DNA of 64,000 nt from Myxococcota bacterium (GCA_039028615.1 JBCCHT010000055.1:19945-83944); one strand, 5' to 3'. Counted from the first letter of the stretch, positions 22,140 through 32,022 are shown. Notes: generated by a model not told the origin, from the letters alone. Translations and numbers: made by a program.

Positions 22140-24404
22140 TCACACGAGCTGCCAGACATCGGCCGTGCGGTGGGCGACGCCGAAGAGGCTCTCGCCGCAG
22201 GCGACCAGCTGGTCCATCGGCCCGCCCACGGGCAGCGAAGCAGAGCCCGCCCCCCGCACCACGCGGTCCCGCCCCGGCAGCAGCCGGTACAGGTGCTCGC
22301 GGGTCACCACCACCTCGGCCGCGGCCTCGGTCGCCCGCGTCCACTCGTCGGGCTGTCGCTCCCAACGCCAGACCTCGCCCGTGCCCGGCCTGGTGGCAAA
22401 CAACCCGCGCGGGCCCGCGTGTAGAGCCGTCGCCGGGCCCCCGATGGCCTCCCACTCGTCGCCTTCGACGTGCTGCTCCACCCGCTCCCGCGACGAGGAC
22501 ACGCGGAACAACTCGACATCGGTCACGGCGAAGTCCGCCCCGGGCCCCGCGATGCGCTCCCAGGCCCCGGTGTCGTCGTGCAGGCGCAGCAGCTCTCCCG
22601 TGCCCGCCGATTCCATGAACACCCCGAGCCCGCCCGCATGAAGCCGCCGCGCGGGACCACCGAGCTCCGTCCAGTGCTCACCATCGAAGCGAAGCACCCG
22701 GCCGTCTCGTTCGCTCAGCCCGAACAACGCATCGGCCGTGCTCACAAAGCCATGGCCGCCGTCCCCCACCCGCGTCCACCGATGAGGCTGGCCTTCCCAG
22801 CGCCACAGATCCCGGCCCCCACTTCGGGTGGCGAACAAGCCGAAGGGGCCCCCGTAGATCTCGCGCACCGGTCCGCCGATCTGCACTCGCGAGCTACGGA
22901 ACGCCAAGGGCCCGAGTCGGACCTCGGCCCCGCTCCCGCGCAGGTGCATCAGCACGTGGTGGTCGAGGCGACAGCGGCCCACGTGGGCGCCGATCCAGGC
23001 GCTGCCCGGCCACGCCACGCCCGTCAGCGTTCCACCTTCGATTCGTGCGTTGTGCCAGGTCGTCCCCCGCAGGTCGGCGAAGCTGAAGTCGACGTCGATC
23101 AGCGTCGCGTTGTTGAAGCTGGCGTCACGCAGGTCGGCGCCCACGAAGCGGCCGCCCCGAATGGTGGCCCGCGAAAAGTCGGCCCCGCGTAGGCAGGCGC
23201 CCCCCTCGAACCCCACCTCGGTCAGGTGAGCATCGGCAAAGCTCACCGCGGGCGCGTCGACGTCGGTGAACTCGGTGTCTTCGATGCGAGCCCCCCGGAA
23301 GCGAGCCCGGCACAGGCGGCTGCGGCGAAAGTCACAGCCGCCGAAGCTCGCCTCGCGGAAGCTGGCGTCGTCGAGCACGGCCTCGAGGAACTCGTCACCG
23401 ACGAAGCGCGCCGCATTGGCGATGAGCCCTTCGCCCGCGTCGATCCGGCGAAAGCGGGCGCCACCACATCGCGCGCCGCGGAGGTTCGCCCCCGACATCT
23501 TCGAACGATCGAAGGTGCTCTCGCCCAGGTCGGCCCCGCTGAAGACCGCATCACGCAGGTCGCAATCTCGCAGGTCGCAGCGGGTCAGGGTCGCGCCCTC
23601 GAACAGCGCCCCTCGAGCGTCCACGCTCTGCAGGTCACGCCCCCCGAGCCCCGCGTGCTCGCGCAGGTCGGCGCCCACCAGACACAGGTTCTGCAAGTCG
23701 ACCCCCGGCGGCTCCCACTGTCGAAGATCACGGTGCGAGAGGTCTTCGACGGGTCCGCCCGGGGGCCGCAGCGTGGGGACCACGGGCGTGTACCCGCGAT
23801 CGAGAAACCACGCGTCGTACTCGGCTCGGCTCTGCACCGTCTCGACCCCGTGAACCCAGCCTCCGCCCTCGTTCTTCCACCGCAGGGTCACCCACGCGCC
23901 GGGATGATTGGGGTCGTAGAGGATGAGGGTGGCCGGCCCTTCGTAGCCGATGGCGAGCACCTGGTGACCGCAGCCGCGCTGTCGGTCCAATAGCCCCAGA
24001 GGCACGGGACGATCGGCATCGAGGGCACTGACCAGCTCGGCAAACGCTTGGCCGTGCGGATGGCAGGCCGCCGCCAGCTGCTCGGCGACACCGCCGACCC
24101 GGGCCGCCATGACCAGCTCCGCCGCGACCCCGGCCGACGCGTCGTGCTGACGCCGTGCGAGCAGCGCGGCCAGGACATCCCCCGGTGGCGGGCACTCGGC
24201 CTCGGCGGGGAACCCCTCGCCGTCCACGTGCCACCAATCGAGCGCCGCGTAGACCATCCCGCCCGCGCGCCCGTCGATGGTCACCGTCCAGGGCTCGGGC
24301 TGCGCCCCGGAGACCCGTGTGTCGTCGAACGCGTTGGCGAAACGAAACCCGTGCTGCGAGGGCACGAAGCCCACGCTCTTGGTCACGGATTCCGACTCGC
24401 TCAT
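22140..24404 (-). CDS. Multidomain protein: papain-like peptidase-fold N-domain, pentapeptide repeats, C-terminal beta-propeller/tectonin-like repeats
   Basis: HGFRFAN, GGMVYAALD, HQVLAIGY, YDPNHP; A(D/N)Lxx repeats; W..IGGP repeats. Confidence 0.75.
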   Translation of the reverse strand: MSESESVTKSVGFVPSQHGFRFANAFDDTRVSGAQPEPWTVTIDGRAGGMVYAALDWWHVDGEGFPAEAECPPPGDVLAALLARRQHDASAGVAAELVMAARVGGVAEQLAAACHPHGQAFAELVSALDADRPVPLGLLDRQRGCGHQVLAIGYEGPATLILYDPNHPGAWVTLRWKNEGGGWVHGVETVQSRAEYDAWFLDRGYTPVVPTLRPPGGPVEDLSHRDLRQWEPPGVDLQNLCLVGADLREHAGLGGRDLQSVDARGALFEGATLTRCDLRDCDLRDAVFSGADLGESTFDRSKMSGANLRGARCGGARFRRIDAGEGLIANAARFVGDEFLEAVLDDASFREASFGGCDFRRSRLCRARFRGARIEDTEFTDVDAPAVSFADAHLTEVGFEGGACLRGADFSRATIRGGRFVGADLRDASFNNATLIDVDFSFADLRGTTWHNARIEGGTLTGVAWPGSAWIGAHVGRCRLDHHVLMHLRGSGAEVRLGPLAFRSSRVQIGGPVREIYGGPFGLFATRSGGRDLWRWEGQPHRWTRVGDGGHGFVSTADALFGLSERDGRVLRFDGEHWTELGGPARRLHAGGLGVFMESAGTGELLRLHDDTGAWERIAGPGADFAVTDVELFRVSSSRERVEQHVEGDEWEAIGGPATALHAGPRGLFATRPGTGEVWRWERQPDEWTRATEAAAEVVVTREHLYRLLPGRDRVVRGAGSASLPVGGPMDQLVACGESLFGVAHRTADVWQLV

Positions 24405-24481
24405 CCGCACCAAGCTTTCACCGTCTGCGCCCGCTTGTCACGTCGGTGGCCTCGGGCCGCAGACCGGGTCGGCGGCCGGCC

Positions 24482-25591
24482 TCAACCGTCGGCGATCGTG
24501 GCCCGCAACAGCGCCTCGTAGCGCGGCAGGACCTGCGAGTCCGCATGCGGCCGGGTCATCGCTCGCCGGTCCGCCCGCAAGGCTCCCCCCTCGCACCACG
24601 CCCGACACTGCTCGCCGAGGCGTCGCACGAGGTCGTCGTCGGAATCGTAGCGGTACTCGGCGGCAAACAGCTCCGGGTACGAGAGACGATCGGGGACCAG
24701 GGGGTACGCCCCGGCGTGCGCCGCCTCGAGCATCGCGATGCCGAAGAACTCGTGGTCTGCGGTCGAGACCGCGATGTGAGCCCGACCGAGCACCTCGCGA
24801 TAGGCCTCGCCCGTCTCGCAGTAGCCCCAATGCACGACCCGATCGCCCAGCCACTTTTGGGCCTGCTCGAACACGGGCGGCACCCGACGATAACGCTGCC
24901 CGCACACCGCCACTCGAAACGGCACCTCGGCGTCGAGCAACGCTCGCAGCGCAGCGAAGAATCGGTCGGGTCGCTTGTCGTGCTCCCACCGATGGTTCCA
25001 CAGGATCACCGGGCCCGACGCGCGGCTCGGGTCGTCCGGGGGGCACTCGGGCCGCGGCGCTTCGTCGGGCAACGGGACGGGCACGCCGAGCACCTCACTG
25101 CGAGCTGCGATCCGGTCGATCCACCCCCGCGGCACCGCGTCGGGCATCTTGGCCAGCAGGGCTGCCCCCGCCTCGAGGAAGCCGTCGCGGTTGTGCGCCG
25201 AGTTGAACACGCAGCGGGTCGCCGCCAGCGCGGAGACGAGCTGGGTGAAGCCGAAGTGGTGATCGCGAGCCTTGGTCTCGCCGCCCTGGTCGGGGTACGT
25301 GAGCTGATTTTCGTGGAAGTACAGCACCGTCGGCCGCCGCGCGAGCGTGGGGCACAGCCCGATGAGCTCGGCCAAGGGCACGTAGCTGCTGGCGAAGAGC
25401 AGATCGTGGTCCCCTTCGAGCACCTCGCGGTGCTCCAGCGCCGCCCATGCCGCAAACCCGCGCATGCGCCATTTCCAGTGGCGTCCGGGCAGGGTCAGGG
25501 TCGTCCATCGCGCCTCGATGCCGCCCGTCAGGGACCGCGTGAAACTCGCGTGTGATCCGCCCTCGAAGGGTTCGACGTAGAGGATACGCAT
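24482..25591 (-). CDS. DUF3524 / QTMAN(GTDC1)-like GT4 glycosyltransferase
   Basis: EPFEGGSH, LPGRHWKWRMRG, YFHENQLTYP, WNHRWEHDK, HEFFGIAMLEA, RLSYPEL. Confidence 0.9.
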   Translation of the reverse strand: MRILYVEPFEGGSHASFTRSLTGGIEARWTTLTLPGRHWKWRMRGFAAWAALEHREVLEGDHDLLFASSYVPLAELIGLCPTLARRPTVLYFHENQLTYPDQGGETKARDHHFGFTQLVSALAATRCVFNSAHNRDGFLEAGAALLAKMPDAVPRGWIDRIAARSEVLGVPVPLPDEAPRPECPPDDPSRASGPVILWNHRWEHDKRPDRFFAALRALLDAEVPFRVAVCGQRYRRVPPVFEQAQKWLGDRVVHWGYCETGEAYREVLGRAHIAVSTADHEFFGIAMLEAAHAGAYPLVPDRLSYPELFAAEYRYDSDDDLVRRLGEQCRAWCEGGALRADRRAMTRPHADSQVLPRYEALLRATIADG

Positions 25592-25681
25592 GCAGTAACC
25601 GCCGTTGGCGCCCGTGCATACCCCAAGTACGCGCCAAGTGGTGGCCCCGATGTCATCATGGCCCACAGGAGCGAAGCGAAG

Positions 25682-26395
25682 ATGGACGACGAACAAGGAC
25701 CCGATCTCCTCCGCAAGATCCGCCGACGCGAGCTCCTCATGCGAGCCGCGACCGGCTCGGTCGTCACCGCCCTGGGCGGCGGCCTCTACTACCTCTCCGA
25801 TTCCCTGACCCGCGAAGCCAAGGCCCAAAGCCGCGACGACGGCCGCCCTCGCCTGCCCCCCGGGCAGCGAGTCATCGAGCGCCTCAAGCCCATGGGGGGC
25901 CAGCCCGGCGATCCCAGCCGCGCCAACTTCCGCCTCAAGGTGCACGGCGAGGTCGACAACCCCCTCGACCTCAACTTCGCCGACCTGCTCAAGCTCGGCC
26001 CCTCCACCGTACGGGCCGACGTGCACTGCGTGACCGGCTGGAGCCTGCTCGGCGCGAGCTGGACCGGCGTCACCATCAAGAAGCTGGCCGAGACCGCGGG
26101 CATTCGCGACACGGCTCGCCACGTGATCTTCGAGGCGGCCGGAGGCTACACCGCCAACGTGCGCCTGCGCGAGGCGATGGGCGACGACGTCATGGTCACC
26201 TGGGAGCACGAGGGTCGACCCCTGCGGCGCCCCAACGGTGCACCCGTCCGCTCGCTCGTTCCCGACCTGTACTTCTGGAAGAGCTCCAAGTGGCTGACCG
26301 GCGTGCGCTTCACTCGACGCGACCACCCGGGCTACTGGGAGATGCGCGGCTATCACAACCACGCCGACCCGTGGAAGGAAGAGCGATATGGCTGA
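25682..26395 (+). CDS. Molybdopterin-dependent oxidoreductase (sulfite oxidase/MsrP-like) with Tat-like signal
   Basis: RRRELL signal, RLPPGQ, DVHCVTGWS, YFWKSSKWL, GYWEMRGYH. Confidence 0.88.
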   Translation: MDDEQGPDLLRKIRRRELLMRAATGSVVTALGGGLYYLSDSLTREAKAQSRDDGRPRLPPGQRVIERLKPMGGQPGDPSRANFRLKVHGEVDNPLDLNFADLLKLGPSTVRADVHCVTGWSLLGASWTGVTIKKLAETAGIRDTARHVIFEAAGGYTANVRLREAMGDDVMVTWEHEGRPLRRPNGAPVRSLVPDLYFWKSSKWLTGVRFTRRDHPGYWEMRGYHNHADPWKEERYG

Positions 26396-26999
26396 AGAGC
26401 GCGCCGACGCGGCGCCTCGGAAAAAGCCCTCTCGACGCATCGGCAACCGGCTCCGCAAGTGGCTGCGAGCCCTCCACCGCGACTTCGGCTACATCGCGGT
26501 GGGCCTGACCTTCATCTATGCGCTCAGCGGCTTGGCGGTCAATCACATCGCCGACTGGGATCCCAACTTCGAGAACTACGAGCGCGAGTTCACCGTCGAG
26601 GCTCCCCTGCCCGACGACGACGAGCAAGCCGCGGCCATCGTGCAGAAGGCGGCCGGGGTGCAAGGCGAGCCCCTCGACATCTACCGGGTCACCGACGACC
26701 TGCTCGAGGTCACCTACGACGACCGCACACTGCACGTGACCATGAGCAGCGGCCGCGTATTCGAAGAGGGGCAAGAGCCGCGCTTTTTCATTCGCGCCGC
26801 CAACTGGTTGCACCTCAATCGCGGCAAGAAGGCCTGGACCTGGTTCGCCGACGGCTACGCCATCGTGCTGCTGTTCCTCGCCACCTCGGGCATCTTCATG
26901 CTGCCCGGACGCAAGGGCCTGGTCGGTCGCGGCGCCGTGCTCATCGGCTTGGGGATCGCCGTACCACTCATCTACCTGACCTACGTCGGTAGCCCGTAG
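26388..26999 (+). CDS. PepSY-associated TM helix protein
   Basis: LRALHRDFGY, YALSGLAVNH, NWLHLNRG..WTWFAD, ATSG. Confidence 0.85.
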   Translation: MAEERADAAPRKKPSRRIGNRLRKWLRALHRDFGYIAVGLTFIYALSGLAVNHIADWDPNFENYEREFTVEAPLPDDDEQAAAIVQKAAGVQGEPLDIYRVTDDLLEVTYDDRTLHVTMSSGRVFEEGQEPRFFIRAANWLHLNRGKKAWTWFADGYAIVLLFLATSGIFMLPGRKGLVGRGAVLIGLGIAVPLIYLTYVGSP

Positions 27000-27025
27000 C
27001 CGCGAACCGTGCCATCGTCGATGCG

Positions 27026-27913
27026 ATGGCAGACAGCCGGGTGACTCGACGACGCGCTCTGGCGGCCATGGCTGCGGCGGGCACCGCCCCCATGCTGTGG
27101 CTGCCCGGCTGCCAGCAGGACCCCTACGGCAGCCGGCCGCAGCCCAGCCCGCCGCCGCCCGCCGTGCCCTCGCGCGGGAGCGAAGCCAGCATCGTCCAGC
27201 GGATCCAGGCCCGCGCCACCAAAGACGGCCAGGACGCCACGCTCTCCCGCGTGTTCCCCTCGCCCCAGCTGCGCAACCTCGACCCCTTCGTCCTGCTCGA
27301 CGACTTCGACGTGCGGGTGCCCGCCGGTTTTCCCGATCATCCGCACCGAGGCTTCGAGGCGTTCACCTACATGATCGAGGGCGCGTTTCATCACCGCGAC
27401 AACCTCGGCAACGACTCCACCATCTCCGCAGGCGGGACCCAGCGCTTCAACTCGGGCTCGGGCGCACGCCACTCCGAGATGCCGGGCACCCGCGGCAGCA
27501 ACCGCGGCCTGCAGCTATGGGTGAACCTGCCGCGGGCCAAAAAATCGATGACGCCCGAGTACCAAGGGGTGCAAAGCGACGACATGCCCGTCGACGAGCG
27601 CGAGGGGCAGCGTGTCCACACCATCGTGGGGCCGACCTCTCCGGTCGCGCTGCATACCGATGTCGAGTACCTCGACGTCACGCTGCTGGCGGACGGTCGC
27701 TTCGGGCGCGTGATCCCGGCCGACGCCAGCACGCTGCTTTACGTGCTCGACGGCTCGGTGCAGGTGGGCGAGACGGTCGTGCCGCGCGGACACGGGCTGG
27801 TACTCGGCGAGGGCGAGCTCGAGGCCAAGGGCAAGGCGGGGACACGCTTCGCGTGGCTTCGCGGCGCGCCACACCACGAGCCCATCCGCCACCGCGGTCC
27901 CTTCGTCGACTAG
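27026..27913 (+). CDS. Pirin family protein with Tat-lipoprotein signal
   Basis: DPFVLLD, FPDHPHRGFE, HSEMP, LQLWVNLP, GPFV; N-terminal TRRRAL...LPGC. Confidence 0.9.
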   Translation: MADSRVTRRRALAAMAAAGTAPMLWLPGCQQDPYGSRPQPSPPPPAVPSRGSEASIVQRIQARATKDGQDATLSRVFPSPQLRNLDPFVLLDDFDVRVPAGFPDHPHRGFEAFTYMIEGAFHHRDNLGNDSTISAGGTQRFNSGSGARHSEMPGTRGSNRGLQLWVNLPRAKKSMTPEYQGVQSDDMPVDEREGQRVHTIVGPTSPVALHTDVEYLDVTLLADGRFGRVIPADASTLLYVLDGSVQVGETVVPRGHGLVLGEGELEAKGKAGTRFAWLRGAPHHEPIRHRGPFVD

Positions 27914-28254
27914 GCCGCAGTGCCCCGCATCTGCGGGTGCCCGAGCAAGCGCCCAGCTGAAGGCTTCGGAATGAACGTTGCCGCCAGGTTCGTTCGCCAT
28001 GGCTGACACATCGCCGATGGGCCGACGGGTTCGATCGCCCAGGTTCGGGGGTCGCGACTCGTGTATGTCCAAACACCGACAGTGCGGACCCCGCTACGCC
28101 ATGCGTGACATCCGTAGCGTTACCCACCGTGGCGTCGCCCCGCGATGTCGATTGTGGTCCATTCCGTCGTCGAACCGTCGTTGCACGAGGATAGAGTGAC
28201 GCACCGCTTCGGGGGCCGTTCATGGTTCCCTACGCCACCTCCCCGGCCACGCCC

Positions 28255-28344
28255 ATGACCAACCCGATCACGATCTCTCTCGCGTTGATGTGTTGCGCGT
28301 TCCTGGTCGCCGTCGCCTACGTTGCGATCGACGAGCGCGTCTGA
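28255..28344 (+). CDS. Candidate 29-aa single-TM small protein (alternative start 28222)
   Basis: MTNPITISLALMCCAFLVAVAYVAIDERV*, in a 635-nt gap. Confidence 0.3.
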   Translation: MTNPITISLALMCCAFLVAVAYVAIDERV

Positions 28345-28548
28345 GCGGGTCTCGCCTCGATCGACACGGTGAGACCACGCCGACACTCCGGTGGCGAGCC
28401 ATGCCCCTGGAGCCGGGGAGGGCGTTGTCTGCGCTAGCGCTCGAGTGCGCGTGCTCGTCCTTCGTACCGGCCGTAGGCAGTCGTACGGGCCCCCCAGAGC
28501 CATCTCACGGGCGCTCGGGCGACCAGGCGCTACTCTTCGCGCACTACT

Positions 28549-30213
28549 GTGAATGCTTGGCTTCGTTGGGGGTGTGCAGCCCTGCTGCTGGCGAGTTGCC
28601 GGGATGCCGAGGAGGTCGCCAACTCGGCCGACTCGGACGGTCCAGATGGGGGCTCGTCGACGACCGGCGAGACTCCCGAGCACGATCCACCGTCGGCGGC
28701 TGAGCCCAAGGCAGGCCGGCTCACCCATCTGCAGTACCGCTACGCCGTGCTCGATGTGCTGGGCGTCGAGATGACCGACGATGAAATCGACGCGCTTCCC
28801 CGGGACATCCCGACGGGGCGTGACTACTCGACCACCATCGGTCCGCAGTCCTTCAACTCCAGCTACGTCCTCGCGTACGCACAGATCGCGCGCTCCGTCA
28901 CGGAGCGTCTCGATCTCGACCAGCTCGTGGCTGAGGTCGCCGGTTGCGACGGCATCGATCCCAGCTGCCGCCCCGCGCTGGTGGAGCGTCTGGGACTGCA
29001 GATGTACCGACGTCCGCTCACCCCCGACGAGCAAGAGCGCTACCTGGATCTGGCCACCGCCATCGCGGCCGCGTCCGAGACGACGGAGCACGATGTCGTC
29101 CGCGGCATCGTCCAGGCGATGATGCAGGCGCCGTCGTTCCTGTACCGGATCGAAAACGAGATCGAGGGGGAGCCCGGCACGGTGCACGTCGTCGACGGCT
29201 ACGAGTTGGCGACCCGGCTGTCGTTCTTCCTGTGGCAGTCGGCCCCCGACGAGGAACTGCTCGAGTTCGCGGCAGGACCCGAGGGCGACGGTGAGTTCGA
29301 TCCCGACGCTGTCTCCGAGCAGATCGACCGCATGCTGGCCGACCCGAGGTTCGCCCGCTCGCGTTCGCTGTTCTGGGGCGACTATACGCTGGCGTCGCGG
29401 TCGGCCTTCGGCACCTCGGACACTGCCCTCGCCGACGAGCTGCGCAACAGCCTGGTGGCGACGCTGGAGCGGATCTCGGGAGCATCGGGCAGCGAAGAGC
29501 CCCTATCGGCCCTCTTCGACGGGCGCGAGCTGGTCATGACCCCCGCGGTGGCCGAGCTCGCGGGGGCAACCGTTCAGGGAGAGGGCCTGCAGGTCTACGA
29601 CGTGGCCGACATGGACGAGCGCCTCGGCGTCGTCACGCATCCCGCCATGCTCGCTTCGATGGGCACGACCTCCTTCGTGGGCCGCGGCTTGTTCTTGAGC
29701 GAGCGGCTTTTGTGCCAACGGGTCGCCACGCCGCCCGACGAAGTCAGCGAGGACATCGAGAATACGGCCCAGGCCACGGAAGACATGACCCCGCGAGAGG
29801 CCAGCGAGTTCCGCTTCGGGCTGGAGCCGGTCTGCCTCAGCTGCCACACCCAGTTCGAGCCCATCGCCTACGCGTTCGAGCGCTACGACATCACCGGGCA
29901 CTTCTCCACCGTCGACGAGCACGGCCGTGCCTTGTTCTCCCACGGCGTGCTGCCCCCCAACGGCGACCGCCCCGAGATTGCCTTTGCCGACGCGCCCGAG
30001 CTGCTCAGCCAACTGGCGCAGGACCAGACGGTCTACCGCTGCCTCGTGGACAACATGACGGAGTTCGGCACCGGTCAGCCCCCGAGCGCGCTGGGCAACT
30101 TCCTCGACCTGGCCACGGTGGCCTTCCTTCGAGACGGACTGACCTTCGAGCAGCTCGTCCGGGCCGTGGCGACCAACGAGCAACGAACCCTCACGAGGGT
30201 GGTGGAGCCATGA
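28549..30213 (+). CDS. DUF1592/DUF1595/DUF1588 lipoprotein with a CxxCH motif
   Basis: Lipobox LASC, RLTHLQY, YRRPLT, PSFLYRIE, YELATRLSFFLW..PD, RG...LLC, CLSCH. Confidence 0.9.
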   Translation: MNAWLRWGCAALLLASCRDAEEVANSADSDGPDGGSSTTGETPEHDPPSAAEPKAGRLTHLQYRYAVLDVLGVEMTDDEIDALPRDIPTGRDYSTTIGPQSFNSSYVLAYAQIARSVTERLDLDQLVAEVAGCDGIDPSCRPALVERLGLQMYRRPLTPDEQERYLDLATAIAAASETTEHDVVRGIVQAMMQAPSFLYRIENEIEGEPGTVHVVDGYELATRLSFFLWQSAPDEELLEFAAGPEGDGEFDPDAVSEQIDRMLADPRFARSRSLFWGDYTLASRSAFGTSDTALADELRNSLVATLERISGASGSEEPLSALFDGRELVMTPAVAELAGATVQGEGLQVYDVADMDERLGVVTHPAMLASMGTTSFVGRGLFLSERLLCQRVATPPDEVSEDIENTAQATEDMTPREASEFRFGLEPVCLSCHTQFEPIAYAFERYDITGHFSTVDEHGRALFSHGVLPPNGDRPEIAFADAPELLSQLAQDQTVYRCLVDNMTEFGTGQPPSALGNFLDLATVAFLRDGLTFEQLVRAVATNEQRTLTRVVEP

Positions 30214-31640
30214 GCCGAACGAAGCCACGCGGGTTGACGCGCCGTGCCCTGCTCCGCGGGGCAGGCGGGGCGGCCATCGCCCTCCCGCTACTGCCCGAGC
30301 TGTTGCCCCGCGCCCGGGCGGCGAGCGATGACGCGATCCCGTGTCGCTTGTTCACCATGAGCTTCGGTCTGGGACTGTCGACCGCGATGCAGGCGGAGCG
30401 CTTCGAAGGTCCGCTCGAGCCGCTGTCGCCGTTCGCCAGCAAGGCTGCGCTGTTCACCAGTATCGACAACGAGCCGCTGTCGGGGAGCGGGACACCGCAC
30501 TACCGCATGGCCGCCGCGTTGTTCACCGGAGTCCCGCAGCAGGGCGCGCCCTCGTACACCGCCAATGGACCGAGCATGGAGCAGGTGATGAAGCGGGCGC
30601 TTCATCCCAGCGGCGTGCCGAACGTGGCCATTCCCGAGCTGTCGGCGGGGTTGTGGTCGAACACGGGGTGCGTGGCCGCGTTCACGCGCCACTGGAACGA
30701 CGACGGCTCGCCGGGGCGGCGACCCGAGCGGAGGCCCTCGGAGGTCTTCGAGACGCTCTTTGGTGGTCTGCCCCCTCCAGACTCTCCCGGTGGGCCAACG
30801 CCTGCGGACATCGCCGCCCGTCACGTGCACCGTAGCGTGCTCGACACGGTGCTCGACGACTACGCCGCGATGGTCGGGCCCAACTCGCCGCTGGGGGCGG
30901 AGTCCAAGGCCCGCATCGACAACCATCTGTCGGCCATCCGCGACGTCGAGAAGCAGCTCGTGCGCCCCCTGGACTCGGATCCTCCGCGTGAATGCCCGGG
31001 GGAGGTCCCCGACGATGTCAGCGACCCGGAGCCCTACTCGTTTTACGACGCCAAGACGGGCGTCGCGGGCAACGGCGCGCCGCAGATCGACTGGCAGGTG
31101 GCCGATGCCGCGATGCAGCTCATCGGCCGGCTCGTGGCTCTGGGGGCGGCCTGCGACCAGCTTCGCTTCGGCAGTCTAGTTTCCCTCGCGGCGGGGGAGT
31201 ACCTGCGCTTCGCCGGAGACTACTCGGCACTCGGCGAAACGGTCGACTTCAGCCAGCTGTTTTCGGTCAGCACGGCCCACGACGCGATCTTCCACGCCTA
31301 CAACCCGGCCGCGGTCCGCATGCACCAGCACCTCTCCCTGTCCATGCTGGCCCATACGCTCACGGAGATGGACGCCATCGTGGAGCCCAACGGGCAGACC
31401 CTGCTGGACAACTCGCTGGTGCTGTTGGCCACCGAGTACGGGGAAAACCACATCGCCGAGCCGGCCTTCCACGCCGTCTTGGGCGGCGGCGAGCGCTTCA
31501 ACCCGGGGTGGTACGAGCAGCCGCTCTTGCCGTCGGACGTCTACCATCAGGCCATGGCCGCCTATGAGATCGACTCTGGCATCCCCACGCGCTGGCCTGC
31601 CTACGTGGAGACGGAGATCCCAGGGTTCCGCAATCAATAG
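30210..31640 (+). CDS. DUF1552 family Tat-exported protein
   Basis: TRRALLRGAGGAAIALPLL, RSVLDTV, HLSAIRDVEKQL, GQTLLDNSLVL; ATGA overlap with its DUF1592 partner. Confidence 0.88.
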   Translation: MSRTKPRGLTRRALLRGAGGAAIALPLLPELLPRARAASDDAIPCRLFTMSFGLGLSTAMQAERFEGPLEPLSPFASKAALFTSIDNEPLSGSGTPHYRMAAALFTGVPQQGAPSYTANGPSMEQVMKRALHPSGVPNVAIPELSAGLWSNTGCVAAFTRHWNDDGSPGRRPERRPSEVFETLFGGLPPPDSPGGPTPADIAARHVHRSVLDTVLDDYAAMVGPNSPLGAESKARIDNHLSAIRDVEKQLVRPLDSDPPRECPGEVPDDVSDPEPYSFYDAKTGVAGNGAPQIDWQVADAAMQLIGRLVALGAACDQLRFGSLVSLAAGEYLRFAGDYSALGETVDFSQLFSVSTAHDAIFHAYNPAAVRMHQHLSLSMLAHTLTEMDAIVEPNGQTLLDNSLVLLATEYGENHIAEPAFHAVLGGGERFNPGWYEQPLLPSDVYHQAMAAYEIDSGIPTRWPAYVETEIPGFRNQ

Positions 31641-31650
31641 GTCCACCACG

Positions 31651-31801
31651 TAGCGGCAGCGACCTTCGCCGATGGCGTAGGGCTGGCGATGCTCTGCAGC
31701 AGCATGCCCATGCCGACCTGGCGATGATCGGGCTGGTAGTACTCGGGCTCCTCGTAGCCCCCGAAGCTCCACGAGCTGACCCACACCCGAGTGAGCGCCT
31801 C
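31651..31801 (-). pseudogene. Deleted remnant of a paralog of the PPDK_N lipoprotein gene at 33438-35687
   Basis: Three collinear pieces match 33439-33473 (QPY.IGEGRCR), about 33592-33608 (LLQ.IA) and 33871-33970 (ALTRVW..WSF..YEE.EYYQ.DHRQVGMGML). Confidence 0.8.
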
Positions 31802-32022
31802 TTCGATGAACCAGGCGACCGGATGCCACGGACGGGCCACTGCCGTCGACCATGGTTCCATCCGGCACTCGAATTACGAAAGCGAGCCGGGCGCCCCCAT
31901 ACGAGGGTGCTTGCATCGGCGCCGAGTGCCCATCGCGATGCGGTCGCCGACGGTGGAAGGATCACGGCGACCGACGAGCACCCTTGCCAGCCACGATGCG
32001 CAGGGCCAAAGTGGATGGCTGT

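Noticed and set aside
25592..26458. N-terminal extension of the 658-aa glycosyltransferase ORF
   Set aside because: Antisense to the molybdoenzyme gene; the family N-terminus MRILYVEPF begins at 25591.
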